This document shows positions 10,701 through 20,630 of a stretch of DNA of 64,000 bases, piece by piece. A program made the translations under genes and the position numbers. The DNA lies in assembly GCA_050633245.1 (NCBI GenBank), contig JBOEGD010000009.1, positions 1 through 64,000 on the forward strand, written 5' to 3'. The notes below the pieces were generated by a model, which worked only from the letters and a program-made list of their open reading frames with translations, made no database searches and was not told the origin of the DNA. The DNA comes from Calditrichia bacterium. GTDB lineage: Bacteria; Calditrichota; Calditrichia; RBG-13-44-9; J075. Within the stretch, counting starts at the first letter, position 1. Each line of letters begins with the position of its first letter.

Positions 10701-11932
10701 ATTGAGGCATAAATTAATTTCCCGCTTTCTCCATCCAGCCGATTCAGTCCATTTGCTGTTCCAACCCAAATTGAACCATCACGGCCCTCCTCAACAGCCA
10801 GAACAGCGTTGTGAGTAAGAGAAGATTTACTGCCCGGCCAATGACGATAATTAGTAAACGGCTTTGCGTATAAATCGGCTCTGCTAAGGGTATTGCTTGC
10901 CGCTACCCAGAGATTCCCGGTAGCATCAATGGCAAACGTATTTATTAGCGTACTTTTTAACGAGAACGGATCTGCTACATCGGGAGTGTAAAACTGATAC
11001 TGTTTATTGACTGTGTTGAAGTGAATAAGTCCGTAGTCCCTTGAAGAGATCCATAAACATTCGCTTTTCCCCTGCCGGATGTCTAATAAAAATGCCGGCT
11101 GCTCATCGTCCAGAATATCGAAAGCATCTGTATCCCCACTTTCAGCATCCACACACAGCAATTTCCCCATAGAGGCTATCCATATTTTTCCAGAAGCTTC
11201 AACACTAAGACGATGATAACCGATTGTTGAATCGGGAAATAGCCTTCCATCGGAAAACAAGGATCGCTTCCTTAACATCCGTTGCTCTAAGTCGAATGTG
11301 AATAAGCCTTTTTCATAGTCGGTCAACCATACCGTTCCTTGGCTATCCAATACGACGTCTGTGATATTCTCCAGAGTACCACCTTCTGTCGTCTGCAGCG
11401 ACTTACTCAGATCTTCTAACGTCTCAGCTTCAGGACTTAGTAGAAAAAGTTGAGGTGTTTCAATACTTAAGAGTAGCAGGGTGCCATCAGACAGCGGGAG
11501 TGTTTTTTTGATCTGAGCCTCTTCAATAGGCTCATAAGCTTTTTTATTGCGGTAATTTGTAAAGATCTCGGTTTTAGGATCAAAACAACTAAGTCCGCGC
11601 CTTGAACCCAGCCACAGTTTACCATCTAAATCCTCAGTGATATGATAAAGGAATTCTTCGAAAAGCGAGGTGGAGTCGGTAGGATCATTTCGATAACTTC
11701 GAAACGTATAGCCATCATAACGGTTTAGCCCCACTTCTCCGCCGAACCACATGAAACCCTTTTTATCCTGGTGAATGAAATAGGTAACAGCAGAGGAAAT
11801 ACCGTCTTCTGTGGTTACCTCTTTAAATTTTAAGTCAGGGTGGGGTGATTGCGCAAAACAAATGGTTAAACTGCTAATGAATAGAAGCAGTCCAACCAGA
11901 GGAAGATGCCGATTAATCTGGAAAGTAATCAA
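7712..11932 (-). CDS. Hybrid sensor histidine kinase/response regulator with periplasmic beta-propeller (Reg_prop) and Y_Y_Y domain
   Basis: Signal peptide, GFMWFG..GLNRYDG propeller repeats, [26 protein letters not shown] helix, [16 protein letters not shown]-box, GGTGLGL G2 box, two receiver domains ([22 protein letters not shown]). Confidence 0.92.
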   Translation of the reverse strand: MITFQINRHLPLVGLLLFISSLTICFAQSPHPDLKFKEVTTEDGISSAVTYFIHQDKKGFMWFGGEVGLNRYDGYTFRSYRNDPTDSTSLFEEFLYHITEDLDGKLWLGSRRGLSCFDPKTEIFTNYRNKKAYEPIEEAQIKKTLPLSDGTLLLLSIETPQLFLLSPEAETLEDLSKSLQTTEGGTLENITDVVLDSQGTVWLTDYEKGLFTFDLEQRMLRKRSLFSDGRLFPDSTIGYHRLSVEASGKIWIASMGKLLCVDAESGDTDAFDILDDEQPAFLLDIRQGKSECLWISSRDYGLIHFNTVNKQYQFYTPDVADPFSLKSTLINTFAIDATGNLWVAASNTLSRADLYAKPFTNYRHWPGSKSSLTHNAVLAVEEGRDGSIWVGTANGLNRLDGESGKLIYASINDKSRFSPGDAEVWALQITPDGRVLVGTFQKGLFVFNPVEKRWRHFMPDNSTLSDLGVFLFYRDSAERQWIATGAGLDLLDLNTYSFKHFAISETEMLSVRAIVEVEEERLLIGTGNGGVHYFNIDSGVFSTAHSGTSMNGSPVNPQCLDLLTDRSGSIWMGTAKGLYLLENEAEDPADNFYRHYSSHDGLPDNSVVGLLEDNSGNIWASTHRGITKITKHYVRSQVDEQTLQLDFRSYDTRDGLPTDVFYIGPTYKNNKGELYFGGELGLTRFNPSDLSDNPFLPQPQLTDLQLLGKRVQPGPFGEKNRIYLAESLQYTDTLILTHEDRVFSIGFSAMHYSSTKKNRYAYRLLGFETEWNQASDRRFATYTGLPYGEYTFQVKAANQDNIWNDNPRTLFIRVLPRFWETAGFKILVLLGLFGLVYAFIYFRTESVRKHNETLEIEVNRRTAELRQSNLALVEAKNAAEDATRAKSDFLANMSHEIRTPMNGVLGMASLMRDTQLTMEQKEFLEIIQNSAENLLTVINDILDFSKIEAGKMDLEVHPFSPAAIMEDLGALLVFKAEQKGLELISEIDPDVPPLLLGDEGRLRQVLINLTNNAIKFTRSGEVRIKIECVESTDKHAMLKFNVFDSGIGIPAEKLDRLFKSFSQVDASITRRFGGTGLGLAISQRLIKLMNGEIGVQSCEGEGSHFWFTTTFEVVASKDASTEFTLDFLKDKRMLVVDDNATNRRLLFECFAKHALVLDEAESGSDALQMLGNAAARNELYDIAILDMMMPEMDGESLAGQIRSNPAFQNVKMVLLSSVLQRASSEELRNMGFDGWMSKPLRLPALAGLLRDVFLTTPTKNNIIKNTETPGLKNAANFSGNRILLVEDNIVNQKVATRLLQKLGFTVDCAGNGLEAVKTLENLDFDLVFMDIQMPEMDGLEATRTIRSASSLVLNRDITIIAMTANAMKGDREKCLDAGMNDYITKPVKRDELTRMLQKHFEKITEN

Positions 11933-12091
11933 TTTTGAGGACCTGCGAGATAAAAGTGTTCAAGAAATTGGGGGCAGCCCTTTCTCTTTGAAGTATCGAC
12001 CAGAACCTAAAAAAACATAAGGCGTTACGCCATAAATACAGCTTCAAGAAACCAATAAATTAAGTTTAATAAATAGTCTTTAACAACGCTA

Positions 12092-12126
12092 AACCTCCGC
12101 AGAGAATTGATCTTCAACGGAGGATT
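12092..12126 (-). terminator. Probable terminator hairpin downstream of the fibre/anchor operon
   Basis: cctccg...cggagg stem about 25 nt past the stop codon at 12152. Confidence 0.45.
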
Positions 12127-12151
12127 CCAAAGCGTGTTTTGAGGAGATTAC

Positions 12152-13966
12152 TTAACGAACTAAAACCATTTTTCGCGCATTGACATATTCACCGGCCTTC
12201 AGGCGATAAATATACACGCCACTGGCAACAGATACACCACTATCGCTGCGACCATCCCAAACAACAGCGTGAGCTCCGGTGTCGACCTTGCCGTCTACCA
12301 AACTGCGGACGCGTTGGCCAAGAACATTGTAGATATCAAGCGTCACCGTACTAATTTGCTTTAGCTGATAGCGGATAGTCGTTTCAGGATTAAACGGGTT
12401 CGGATAATTCTGATCAAGTGCGAATTCCAGAGGCACCAATGGTATTCCATCGCTATTGGCAGCTGCAAAATCTTCATCACCAAGAATGATACGCAGTTTG
12501 CGAGTTGTTTTGCCTGCCATCGCGATAGCCAGATCATCGCCATCTCCATAGGTAAACCTCCGCTCAACATCCATAACGTATCGCTTGTAGTTCGATGGTA
12601 ACTGTCCTTCTTCATTAAGATGAAGCTGAACGTTTCCAGAGGCCGTGTTCGATCTTAAATCCAATTCCCATACTTGACCAGCAGAAGCAACAGGCTTCAG
12701 ATTTGCTGCATAGCGTGTGCTATCTTCCGCTATGCTCAACTGAATGTAGTCGCCAACATCCGGCGGCTCATAAATATCCAATTTATCCAAGCCATCAGAA
12801 GCAGCCTCCATGAGCCCTACAAAATTATAGCTGTCTTGCAATTCGCCGTTGCCTGCCTCAAGTCGCAGCAGATATTCCTTGTCTGGATTAATCACGAAAA
12901 CAGGCGTCTTGTCTACACCAGAGACCGCCTCAAGTGGTGGAATACTTATTAATGTGGCATTTGTGGCGGGGTTATACAACCAATAGCCCTCATACGGCTC
13001 CAGGATCGCTTGCTCCGGCACGTACTGTTGTCCATCATAAAAGACCGGTCCGTCGGGTAATTGCGCCGCCTGAACGCTTTGCCAGGCCACCGGGAATGCC
13101 CAGGGATTCGAAATCTGATTCCATCCGGGTTGAAGCTGAATTTGCAGTGGCTCTGACGTATTGCTGGACAGGCCACTTTCATAATCAAACCCACTTCCTT
13201 CAGCTGTTACCAGCCAATAGGCTTCGCCCGGACGTAACGGTTGATTTAAGCCCGGGTGTTCGACATAAGCACCGGCTTCATAGCGAAATAAGCGCCAGCT
13301 ATACGCATTGTAATCGCCATAGTCATCGACGAGCTGATTGAACATGGAAGTGCCCCCTGCCGTAAACGGCACGGAGATCATGCGATGTGTTCGTTCTGCC
13401 AGCGGTTGCGGCGTCACCTTTCGATTGACAGCCACCCTCAAAATGGCAGGATTATCTTCCGGGTCTCGCGAGGGAAAGGTTGCCTGAAGATTTCCGGCCG
13501 TAAACAGCAGATAGTATTCAACGCCACGCTCGGTGACAATACTCGATGGAATATCGGGCAGAAAACCGGCGCTTGTCGGCGTCACGGCTCCAGCGGTAAA
13601 CTGCCGCTCACCGCCCTTGCGATAAAAGACCTGCAGCGTTTGCGGAATGAAATCCGTTGGCGTTTCAAAAAAGATGATTGGCTTGGAACCAACGCTGGGC
13701 GTATCATTTTGTACGATAAAGATTGCACCGGCATCAATTATCGCCGGGTTGGGGAACGGATCGAAGCCACTTTTTATGGCCTTGTCTCCGCTGATTCCCC
13801 TGCCAACGAGCACCTCACCTACAACACTGCGCAGTTTTGTCTGTCCGGATGTATGGGTTTGAAATCCCATATTCAGTCCGGAGCGCTTTAATTTCTTTGA
13901 TTGTGCATCCATGCTGCTTGTTAGCAAGACACAGATTGCAATAAACCAAATGAGTCTGATAGTCAT
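12152..13966 (-). CDS. Secreted protein with C-terminal FlgD-Ig/T9SS type-A-like sorting domain
   Basis: N-terminal signal peptide; C-terminal FALDQNYPNPFNPETTIRY...IYNVLGQRVRSL...WDGRSDSG..VASGVYIYRL..G...RKMVLVR. Confidence 0.85.
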   Translation of the reverse strand: MTIRLIWFIAICVLLTSSMDAQSKKLKRSGLNMGFQTHTSGQTKLRSVVGEVLVGRGISGDKAIKSGFDPFPNPAIIDAGAIFIVQNDTPSVGSKPIIFFETPTDFIPQTLQVFYRKGGERQFTAGAVTPTSAGFLPDIPSSIVTERGVEYYLLFTAGNLQATFPSRDPEDNPAILRVAVNRKVTPQPLAERTHRMISVPFTAGGTSMFNQLVDDYGDYNAYSWRLFRYEAGAYVEHPGLNQPLRPGEAYWLVTAEGSGFDYESGLSSNTSEPLQIQLQPGWNQISNPWAFPVAWQSVQAAQLPDGPVFYDGQQYVPEQAILEPYEGYWLYNPATNATLISIPPLEAVSGVDKTPVFVINPDKEYLLRLEAGNGELQDSYNFVGLMEAASDGLDKLDIYEPPDVGDYIQLSIAEDSTRYAANLKPVASAGQVWELDLRSNTASGNVQLHLNEEGQLPSNYKRYVMDVERRFTYGDGDDLAIAMAGKTTRKLRIILGDEDFAAANSDGIPLVPLEFALDQNYPNPFNPETTIRYQLKQISTVTLDIYNVLGQRVRSLVDGKVDTGAHAVVWDGRSDSGVSVASGVYIYRLKAGEYVNARKMVLVR

Positions 13967-13977
13967 TTCGGTTCGTC

Positions 13978-16900
13978 CTATTTCTGTGCCTTTAACGTGG
14001 CGGTTTTAATTTTATTTTTAGTTTCCAGCTGCTCGACGCGCTTACGCAGCTCATCATTTTGCTCTTTTAGCTCCTTCATAGCCTCGATGAGGACACCGAC
14101 CATGTTGGCATATTCAACGCTCTTATAGCCATCTTCGCCGGTTGTTACAAGTTCGGGAATGACGGCCTCAACCTCTTGAGCAACGACACCAACTTTGGTA
14201 CCATCGGGAAAGTTACGATCGGCAAACTCGTTGCGTCGCCACTCATAGATTACGCCGCGCAATTTCATAACGGCATCAAGCGCATTGGGAAAGGTAACAA
14301 TGTTTTTCTTCCAACGCCGGTCACTGTGATAGACCTGTCCGCTACTACCGATTGTGCCCCGCACATCAAGGGTTTGTACTGGCGAGTCGGTACCGATTCC
14401 AACTCGTCCAAGTGGCATATCGATAGACATTCGTGTTGATGTAGCTGTTGTCTGCCACAAAAACGTGTCATCGGTGTCACGATAAAGCATTCCATACGCC
14501 GGAAACGCAGGTGAATGCATAATGACCGGGCGAATAGAATTTGATGATCCACTTTCATACATATACATCATCGGGTTCAATGCACCAAAATTGTTGTTAA
14601 ACGTAATTGTACCGTCAACGTACATGTCTCCATTGAAGTAACCGGCCCAGTTTACGCTTCCACCAAAGGCATTACCAATAACACCATAGTTGGTTCCGGG
14701 TCCGTTAGCTGTTGCCCTTACTCCAGCCGCAAATGAGGTAGTCAGATTGCCGTCGGCATCTGCACGAAGACCGGTAACAGAACCGTCACCAGATGCCCGG
14801 CCGTCTAAAGCATAAACCACATTTCTTCCACCATTTACTTCACCACGAACACCAATGCCTATAGTACCTGTGTTATTCGAAACACCGCGAATTGCATAAT
14901 GAAACAAGTCGCTATTTGTAAATGCGATATTTTTCTCACCGTAAATTGCGGCAGAGTGATTCGTCGCTGTAGCATCGACTGCGTGAATTCTATTGGTAGG
15001 TGATGCGGTTCCCATGCCCATAAATCCGGAAGTTCGATACACATTGCCACCATTCAACGTCCACGGAGAAGAACCGCCAGAGAATGTAACAGGTCTCCAC
15101 ACACCATTGGCAAATTGAAGGACATTTCCTTCAGAAGGGGTGGCAGTACTCAACGTTTGATTCGCCAAACCAACTACAACAGGATTAGGATAGGTACCGG
15201 TCAAGTCGCCACCAGCGTTACCACCGGGCGGCAGCGAGACACCGGCATCCAGCTTAGCCTGAGTAACAGCACCATCGGCAATATCAAGAGTATTGACGGC
15301 ATTCGTCGCAAGCTCTGATGGACCAACTGCGCCTGCCGCAATTTCCAGAGCACCAACGGCATTGGTGGCGATTTCCGAGGCACCAACGGCATTGGCGGCA
15401 ATTTCAAGTGCACCAACACCATTTGTGATTATCTCGGACTGGCCAACCGCATTAGCAGCAATATCAGAAGCAGTTACAGCATTGGCGGCAATTTTGCCGG
15501 TTGTAACCGCATTATCCGCAAGTTTCGCATTATCAATTGCAGCTTCAGAAATTCCTATTTCAACGGACGGCCCGGTAGGAAAGGAAATATCGAGATCAGA
15601 ATCCGGCGATGAAATGCTTTGCACACCGCCACCAACCATATCAATAGAAATGGTATCACCGGAGGTAGATACAGATGTTCCGTTTCCACCGGCAATAACA
15701 ACATTGTCGAATACACCATTTACATTTGTTACCAGCTGATTGGGTGCAATTTTGGCTGCCGTAACGCTGCCATTGGCCAGCTCCGATGTGCCTACAGCGC
15801 CTGCGGCAATCTCTGCTGCGGCAACGCCATTTGTTGCAATTTCAGATTGTCCAACAGCATTCGCAGCAATCTCAGAGACACCGACTGCATTTGGTCCAAT
15901 TTTTTCCGCCGTAACCGCATTATCTGCCAGCTCAACATTGCCAATAGCGGCAGCAGCAATTCCGGGATTCGGATAGGTTCCCGTTAGCGAACCACCTGCT
16001 GATCCACCCGGTGGCAAGGTAACACCTGCGGCAAGTTTTGCCTGTGTAATGGCACCATCAGCGACATCACCCGTTGTGACAGCATTTGCTGCCAGTTCTG
16101 ATGTGCCAACCGCTCCGGCAGCTATTTCCAGAGCACCGACACCATTCGTTGCGATTTCGCTTTGTGCAACAGCGCCAGCAGCGATTTCCGAGCTCGTCAC
16201 AGCATTCGGCTGGATCTTAGCTGCGGAGATAGAATTGTCTGCCAACTGTGCGGTTCCAACAGCACTATTGGCAATACCCGGGTTGGGATAGCTTCCGGTA
16301 AGGGCACCGCCTGCGGCGCCACCTGGTGGTAATGTAACTCCAGGAGCAATCTTTGCCTGCGTAACGGAACCATCCTGAAGATCGGTTGTCGTTACGGCAT
16401 TAGCAGCAATCTCGGATGTCGTAACTGCATTGGCTGCAATCTCGGAAGCGCCAACTGCATTGGCTGCTATTTTTAAAGCGGTAACGGAGTTAGTCGACAG
16501 TTGAGCAGTGCCAATGGCATTCGGTGCAATACCCGGGTTAGGATAGGTACCCGTTAATGAACCACCGGCTGCACCGCCGGGTGGCACGGAAATTCCTGCT
16601 GCCAGCTTGGCCTGGGTAATTGCGCCATCGGCAACTTCAGCCGTATTTACAGCATCCGTGGCAATCTCGCTCTCACCGACAGCATCGGCGGCAATTTGTG
16701 AGGAAGTAACGGCATTGTCTTCAATTTTTGAGGTGTTCACAGCATCATCCAAAAGCTTTGCCGTAGTAACAGCATTGTCAGCAAGCTGAGCTGTTGCGAT
16801 GGCGGCATCGGCAATTCCCGGGTTAGGGTAACTACCCGTAAGTGAACCGCCAGCGGTTCCGCCAGGCGGCAGGGAAATTCCTGCTGCCAACTTATCTTGT

Positions 16901-19815
16901 GTTACCGCGCCATCGGCAATTTTCCCAGTGGTTACCGCATCACCGGCGAGGCGTACTTCATCAATGGCCGCTTCGGTTATGCCAAGAGAAACTGTTGGTC
17001 CGTTCGGATTGGTAATATCCAGCGTGCCGTCAGGGTTCGAGACTCCCTGAACACCGGTTCCACCACCACCAGTTCCGGCATTAATAGTAATTGTATTTCC
17101 GTTGGAAGAAATTGTCGCACCACCAGTAGTGGTAATCAGAACATCATCCTGAACTCCGTTAACGCTCCGCACTAATTGGTTCAGACCGACTTTATCTGAT
17201 GTAATCAGACTGTCGGCAAGATCTACCGTTGCAATTGAGGCATCCAGAATCGTCAGAGAATTAACGACGTCTTCAGCAAGCTGAGGATTCGGGTATTCAC
17301 CGGTTAAGTCACCACCGGCCACTCCGCTTATTGGAAGTGATATATCTTCGGAAAGTTTCGACTGCGTTATGGAGCGGTCGAGTATTTTACCAGTAGAGAC
17401 AGCAGAGTCGGCGAGCTGGGTATTGGTAACAGCATCGTTGGCAATTTCTGTTGTGCCAACTGCGCCGGATGCGATTCCCGGATTCGGATAGGTTCCGGTC
17501 AGCGAACCACCTGCCGTTCCGCCTGGCGGCAGAGTAACACCGGCATCAAGCTTAGCCTGGGTAACTGAACCGTCGAGCAATTTCACTGTAGTTACTGCAT
17601 TATTTGCCAGCTTATTTGATGTAACAGAGGCATCCGAAAGCTTGGCGTTTGAAACGGAGTTAGTTGCAAGCTGTGTTTGTCCAACCGCTCCGGATGCAAT
17701 TCCCGGGTTAGGGTAAGTTCCTGTGAGGGAACCACCAGCTGTTCCGCCCGGCGGAAACGTAACATTCGGATCCAGCTTGGCCTGGGTAACCGCACCGTCA
17801 ACAATCTTTGTCGTTGAAACGGCATTCGTAGCAATCTTGCCTGTAGTTACAGCATTCGCGGCAATCTTCGCATCGGTTACAGAGTTATTCGCAAGTTTAG
17901 TGCTGGAAACAGCCGCTGGTGCAATAATTGGATTTGGAAAGGAACCTGTAAGATCTCCTCCGGCAGCGCCGCCCGGTGGCAAAGTAACACCCGCATCGAG
18001 CTTGGCCTGAGTAATCGCGCCATCGGCAACATCTTCAGTATCCACGGCACCAGTCGCAATTTGAACTGGTCCGATTACATTCGCCGCAATGCCCGGATTC
18101 GGATAAGTGCCGGTTAAAGAGCCGCCCGCGGCTCCACCCGGAGGCAGCGTTACGCCTGCATCAAGCTTAGCCTGAGTAATTGCACCATCAGCAACCTTGG
18201 TTGTTGAAACAGCATTGTCTGCAAGCTGCTGTGAGGTAATTCCAGCATCTTTAACATTAACTGTGGCTGTCGGTCCATTTGGGTTCAGCACATCAATCGT
18301 ATTATTCGTATTTGAAATACCCTGAATTCCCGTGCCTCCTCCCCCACTGCCAGCTGTAATGGTTATTGTATTTCCTGTTGAAGAAATAGTTGCACCACCG
18401 TCAACAGCAATGGCAACATCATCATGAATTCCATTAACACTTTTTACAAGCTGACCCGCTGAAATCTTAATGGATGTAACTGAGCTGTCAGCTAAATCTG
18501 CCGTGGCAATTCCACCATCCAAAACCTTAGCCGAGTTAACCGCTCCGTCAGCAAGCTTTGGTGTTGTAACCGCACCATCGGCCATGTTAACGGTAGCGAC
18601 GCCGCCATCAGCGATTTTCGTTGAGCTTACTGCAGCATCAGCCAGCTTGGCCGTCGTTACCGCAGCAGCATCTAATTGATCGCTGCTAACAGCCTGCTGA
18701 GCGATCTTATTACTTGTAACTGCATTATCAGCTAAATCGGGTTCTGTAACCTGTCCGTCAGCAATTTTTGTCGTTGTTACAGAATTGTCCGCCAGTTCAC
18801 TTGCTGTAATAATACCAGGTGCGAGCTTGGCAGTAGTGACTGAATTGTCTGCCAGGTCTTCCGTTGCAACCTCGCCATCGGCAATCGCATCTGAGTTTAC
18901 CGCGGCTGTTGCGAGCTTGCCAGAGCCTACCGCACCATCGGCGATATCAAGTCCGGCAACGCTGCCGTCAACAAGCATGGAGCCATCAATTGAATTTGGT
19001 TCGGCGGTTTCAACATATCGGTTATCGGTGAAATCGGTGTTTAGTTCTATATCCGTTTCGTTTACACGAATACCGGTTCCTTCGCCAACAGCGATCAAAA
19101 CCGGGTCGGAAGTTCCTCCGCCCACTAATCCATTACCAGCAACTACTTCGGATAGCCCCTGTCCTTGAGAAAGGTTGGCAGTAATTGTTAGCGTATTTGC
19201 GCTATCAGTAAGCGTCACGTTCGATCCGGCACGAATTTCAACATTCTCCGAAAGTCCATTTACGCTTTTCACAACCTCACCAGGCACGAATTTCAATGCG
19301 CTAATGCTGCTATCCTGCAGCATATTAGCTGAAATGGCTGCCGCTTGTCCCTCATTTACATAGCGTGAATCGATCAACGTGGTATCAATCGGGCCTGCCA
19401 GAGCGTAGCTTGCGGTATCCGCAACTTCCGCACGAGCCGCAATCCCTGAACGCAAACTGTAACCAACGCTGGCAAGTGGAATACGTGGTGTAAACTCGGG
19501 ATCAACGTCCAGCGTAATGCCAAGCCAGTATGGGGCCGTAAAATCAATTGAGGCACCAAAAGGAACGACATCGCCTAAAATGGTGAAGAATAAGCCGTCT
19601 TCTGTCGTCAGTTGCTTCGACTCAGTCCAGATAGACGTTCCGCCAGCCTCGCCGGAATAAAGCTGAAAGGTAAATGAGTATGTGCTATCGGATACCGGAA
19701 CACCAAGGCTGTCGGTAATCACACCCTGATAGGAAATGCCTGCCGGTATTTGTGCAAACGAAAGAACTGATGTTAATAGCACCAGAGTAATTAAGTGAAC
19801 GTAGCGAACGCGCAT
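13978..19815 (-). CDS. Giant repeat-rich secreted fibre protein (1945 aa) with C-terminal peptidase S74 intramolecular chaperone
   Basis: RBS GGAGGAG before ATG 19815; signal peptide; ISYQG..DS.GVPV.D N-domain; many ADNAVTTAKI-like decamers; 10 GGxAGGxLTGxYPNP-type motifs; C-terminal HSDRRWKKNI...GVVAQEVEAVIPELV...SVEY plus coiled coil. Confidence 0.85.
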   Translation of the reverse strand: MRVRYVHLITLVLLTSVLSFAQIPAGISYQGVITDSLGVPVSDSTYSFTFQLYSGEAGGTSIWTESKQLTTEDGLFFTILGDVVPFGASIDFTAPYWLGITLDVDPEFTPRIPLASVGYSLRSGIAARAEVADTASYALAGPIDTTLIDSRYVNEGQAAAISANMLQDSSISALKFVPGEVVKSVNGLSENVEIRAGSNVTLTDSANTLTITANLSQGQGLSEVVAGNGLVGGGTSDPVLIAVGEGTGIRVNETDIELNTDFTDNRYVETAEPNSIDGSMLVDGSVAGLDIADGAVGSGKLATAAVNSDAIADGEVATEDLADNSVTTAKLAPGIITASELADNSVTTTKIADGQVTEPDLADNAVTSNKIAQQAVSSDQLDAAAVTTAKLADAAVSSTKIADGGVATVNMADGAVTTPKLADGAVNSAKVLDGGIATADLADSSVTSIKISAGQLVKSVNGIHDDVAIAVDGGATISSTGNTITITAGSGGGGTGIQGISNTNNTIDVLNPNGPTATVNVKDAGITSQQLADNAVSTTKVADGAITQAKLDAGVTLPPGGAAGGSLTGTYPNPGIAANVIGPVQIATGAVDTEDVADGAITQAKLDAGVTLPPGGAAGGDLTGSFPNPIIAPAAVSSTKLANNSVTDAKIAANAVTTGKIATNAVSTTKIVDGAVTQAKLDPNVTFPPGGTAGGSLTGTYPNPGIASGAVGQTQLATNSVSNAKLSDASVTSNKLANNAVTTVKLLDGSVTQAKLDAGVTLPPGGTAGGSLTGTYPNPGIASGAVGTTEIANDAVTNTQLADSAVSTGKILDRSITQSKLSEDISLPISGVAGGDLTGEYPNPQLAEDVVNSLTILDASIATVDLADSLITSDKVGLNQLVRSVNGVQDDVLITTTGGATISSNGNTITINAGTGGGGTGVQGVSNPDGTLDITNPNGPTVSLGITEAAIDEVRLAGDAVTTGKIADGAVTQDKLAAGISLPPGGTAGGSLTGSYPNPGIADAAIATAQLADNAVTTAKLLDDAVNTSKIEDNAVTSSQIAADAVGESEIATDAVNTAEVADGAITQAKLAAGISVPPGGAAGGSLTGTYPNPGIAPNAIGTAQLSTNSVTALKIAANAVGASEIAANAVTTSEIAANAVTTTDLQDGSVTQAKIAPGVTLPPGGAAGGALTGSYPNPGIANSAVGTAQLADNSISAAKIQPNAVTSSEIAAGAVAQSEIATNGVGALEIAAGAVGTSELAANAVTTGDVADGAITQAKLAAGVTLPPGGSAGGSLTGTYPNPGIAAAAIGNVELADNAVTAEKIGPNAVGVSEIAANAVGQSEIATNGVAAAEIAAGAVGTSELANGSVTAAKIAPNQLVTNVNGVFDNVVIAGGNGTSVSTSGDTISIDMVGGGVQSISSPDSDLDISFPTGPSVEIGISEAAIDNAKLADNAVTTGKIAANAVTASDIAANAVGQSEIITNGVGALEIAANAVGASEIATNAVGALEIAAGAVGPSELATNAVNTLDIADGAVTQAKLDAGVSLPPGGNAGGDLTGTYPNPVVVGLANQTLSTATPSEGNVLQFANGVWRPVTFSGGSSPWTLNGGNVYRTSGFMGMGTASPTNRIHAVDATATNHSAAIYGEKNIAFTNSDLFHYAIRGVSNNTGTIGIGVRGEVNGGRNVVYALDGRASGDGSVTGLRADADGNLTTSFAAGVRATANGPGTNYGVIGNAFGGSVNWAGYFNGDMYVDGTITFNNNFGALNPMMYMYESGSSNSIRPVIMHSPAFPAYGMLYRDTDDTFLWQTTATSTRMSIDMPLGRVGIGTDSPVQTLDVRGTIGSSGQVYHSDRRWKKNIVTFPNALDAVMKLRGVIYEWRRNEFADRNFPDGTKVGVVAQEVEAVIPELVTTGEDGYKSVEYANMVGVLIEAMKELKEQNDELRKRVEQLETKNKIKTATLKAQK

Positions 19816-20144
19816 GGAAAACTCCTCCTGAAATTTGCATAACGGCTCATCCGCAGTGAAAGCCGCTTGTCGCTCAAACAAGTATTGTATGAAAGGATTA
19901 TTTCGATATCATGTAAAAGATCTGGACTTATACTACGAAATTCGCACCAGATAGAACCTTGCCCCGCATCACTTGCAGCTTTTTTTCGCTCAGAATTATT
20001 GATTTTTGCCGTCAAGAGTGCTGTGAACATGTGCTTCATGTTATATCAGAGATGGTTTAGCGCGAAAACATCTCATTAATTTTTTGTGGGAAGATAAATA
20101 TTATTTATACATACGGTAAGTGCCCGAATGAGGTAGGATAGATA

Positions 20145-20630
20145 TTAATTCGAGTCAATTCCAATAAGCTTAAACAAATTTCTCCAGATGCGTACCTGGC
20201 TCTCGTGGCTTGTTTTACTCCACATCATTGCGCGGCCTTTATCATTCAGAAAAATTCCATCTTCAAAAACCACCTTTCGAATTTTTTGAAGGCTTTCTAA
20301 TTTCGCCTGCATCGCAACTACTATCGGCTTATCCGCAACGACTTCACATATATTCTCAATTCTTCGTGCCTTCTCCGCGTCAATTTCAGCGATATCACCT
20401 TCCGTTATAACCAGCGTCCCTGTTGCATGAAGTGCAAGATGTTCGACCAATTCATCCGGAACGCTTTCTTCGGGAAGAAGGTTGAACATCATAACAGCGA
20501 GTTCGTCATCAATATCCAAACGATAAACGTCGATATCCATGACAGAGCCGGCATCACAATCCAACCTGTCGACTAACGCGTGTAGGCATTCTTTTGTTTC
20601 GGGGACCAACAATAGCTCTACTATTTTCAT
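20145..20630 (-). CDS. Hypothetical protein, probable degenerate small-GTPase (MglA/CvnD-like) fold
   Basis: MDIDVYRLDIDDELAVMMF...LALHATGTLVIT...KPIVVAM parallels MDFGRITLDDDLVLYLFGTPGQ...LARGALGAVVL...PFVVA of ATP_bind_1/CvnD proteins; no P-loop. Confidence 0.5.
   Translation of the reverse strand: MKIVELLLVPETKECLHALVDRLDCDAGSVMDIDVYRLDIDDELAVMMFNLLPEESVPDELVEHLALHATGTLVITEGDIAEIDAEKARRIENICEVVADKPIVVAMQAKLESLQKIRKVVFEDGIFLNDKGRAMMWSKTSHESQVRIWRNLFKLIGIDSN

Noticed and set aside
13978-15100. Diversity-generating retroelement target in the fibre tip
   Set aside because: No reverse transcriptase and no template/variable repeat pair were seen in the window.
15100-19400. Many Ala/Thr/Ser-rich plus-strand ORFs
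   Set aside because: They are antisense shadows of the repetitive fibre gene.
13978-19815. Prophage or tailocin suggested by the tail-fibre chaperone domain
   Set aside because: No capsid, terminase, baseplate, sheath, integrase or lysis genes are in the window, and the protein has a Sec signal peptide.
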